A stretch of 41,340 nt of DNA from Phycisphaerales bacterium (GTDB lineage: Bacteria > Planctomycetota > Phycisphaerae > Phycisphaerales > UBA1924), in NCBI GenBank assembly GCA_038323185.1, contig JBBQGR010000001.1:1-41340 (forward strand), given 5' to 3'. Position numbers and translations under genes: made by a program. Each line of letters opens with the position of its first letter. Positions within the stretch are counted from its first letter, which is position 1. Positions 40,704 through 41,340 of this stretch are shown piece after piece. The notes under the pieces were generated by a model, which searched no databases, had not been told where the DNA came from, and saw nothing but the letters and a program-made list of their open reading frames with translations.

Positions 40704-41340
40704 ATGAGCACGTCCGACGCCAAGCAGACGCCGCAGCCCGACGCGCCCAATGCGCCGGGATCGCCTGCTGCGCTCGAAGCGGGTGCGGCTGCGGCTTCAC
40801 CTCAGGCGCCTCGCCCGCGCGTTGGCGATGTGCTGCTTGCTGGCGGGCACATCTCAAAGGAGCAGCTTGATCGCGGCCTGGCCGAGCAGCGCAAGAGCGG
40901 TCGGTTTCTGGGCGAGGTGCTGGTAGCGCAGGGTGTGATCACGCCAGCGACGCTGGTGAGGTCGGTGAGTGCGTCGCTGGGAGTACCCGGGTGCCACCTG
41001 CGCCATGGACTGATCGATCCGGGCGTGATGAAGCTGCTCGGGACGGAAGAGTGCGAGCGGCTTCGCGTCATTCCGATGTTCAAGGTTGGTGAGACGCTGA
41101 CGGTCGCGATGGCGGAGCCTCAGAGCCTTCCGACGATCGATCGGATCTCGCAGGCGACGGGATGCCGCGTGAGGCCGGTGCTGGCGCTGGAAGCAAGCAT
41201 CCTTGAGTTTGTGCGCAAGTACGGCTCGGGCGATGTTGACGTTGATGAGTTCCTGACGCGGCTGGCGGACGCGGCGGTGGAGGTTGTCGAGCGAGAGCGC
41301 GTGGACGAGGGTCCGAGCGCGGACCTGGACACGATGGTGG
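40704..41340 (+). CDS. GspE/PilB-family secretion or pilus ATPase, N-terminal part only (runs off the window), with MshEN/T2SSE_N domains
   Basis: Not in the ORF track because there is no stop before the window end. An in-frame stop lies upstream at 40686. Translation gives RVGDVLLAGGHISKEQLDRGLAEQ...LGEVLVAQGVITPATLVRSVSASLG...MKLLGTEECERLRVIPMFKVGETLTVAMAEPQSLPTIDRISQATGCRVRPVLA, a typical T2SSE_N fold sequence. Confidence 0.75.
   Translation, partial: MSTSDAKQTPQPDAPNAPGSPAALEAGAAAASPQAPRPRVGDVLLAGGHISKEQLDRGLAEQRKSGRFLGEVLVAQGVITPATLVRSVSASLGVPGCHLRHGLIDPGVMKLLGTEECERLRVIPMFKVGETLTVAMAEPQSLPTIDRISQATGCRVRPVLALEASILEFVRKYGSGDVDVDEFLTRLADAAVEVVERERVDEGPSADLDTMV

Overview
By eye this is a high-G+C bacterial chromosomal window; I did not compute the exact value. 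I call about 36 protein-coding genes, and most are housekeeping. They include tsaB, a NeuC-type epimerase, surE, rlmN, der, miaA, topA, uvrC and acs, plus a same-strand run dinB-ogt-kmo-(Zn-ribbon membrane protein)-kynB. Two DUF1559-type prepilin genes, two HDOD proteins and a lamin-tail/dockerin-like secreted protein suggest a Planctomycetota (Phycisphaerae-like) origin. That assignment is inference only. I recognised no rRNA, tRNA, CRISPR array, transposase or integrase. Many long ORFs antisense to the real genes are GC-composition artefacts.

No clear-cut novel multi-gene system such as a defence island is visible. The best candidates for follow-up are:
- A sensor kinase - STAS - GspE/PilB-type ATPase cluster at the right edge. 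The ATPase N-terminus carries a tandem MshEN c-di-GMP-binding signature.
- An orphan haem-c chemoreceptor operon with no CheA or CheW, followed by an HTH/degenerate receiver, an HDOD protein and a degenerate receiver-GAF protein.
- Three copies of a Cx2C-x12-CPEC zinc-ribbon membrane protein family, one of them interrupted by a frameshift.
- A DUF4160/DUF2442 cassette wedged between topA and a uvrC that lacks its helix-hairpin-helix tail.
- Unusual intergenic repeat architectures: a 16-bp unit present six times between surE and dinB, twin 19-nt palindromes flanking an AT-rich island, and an 11-bp tandem array.
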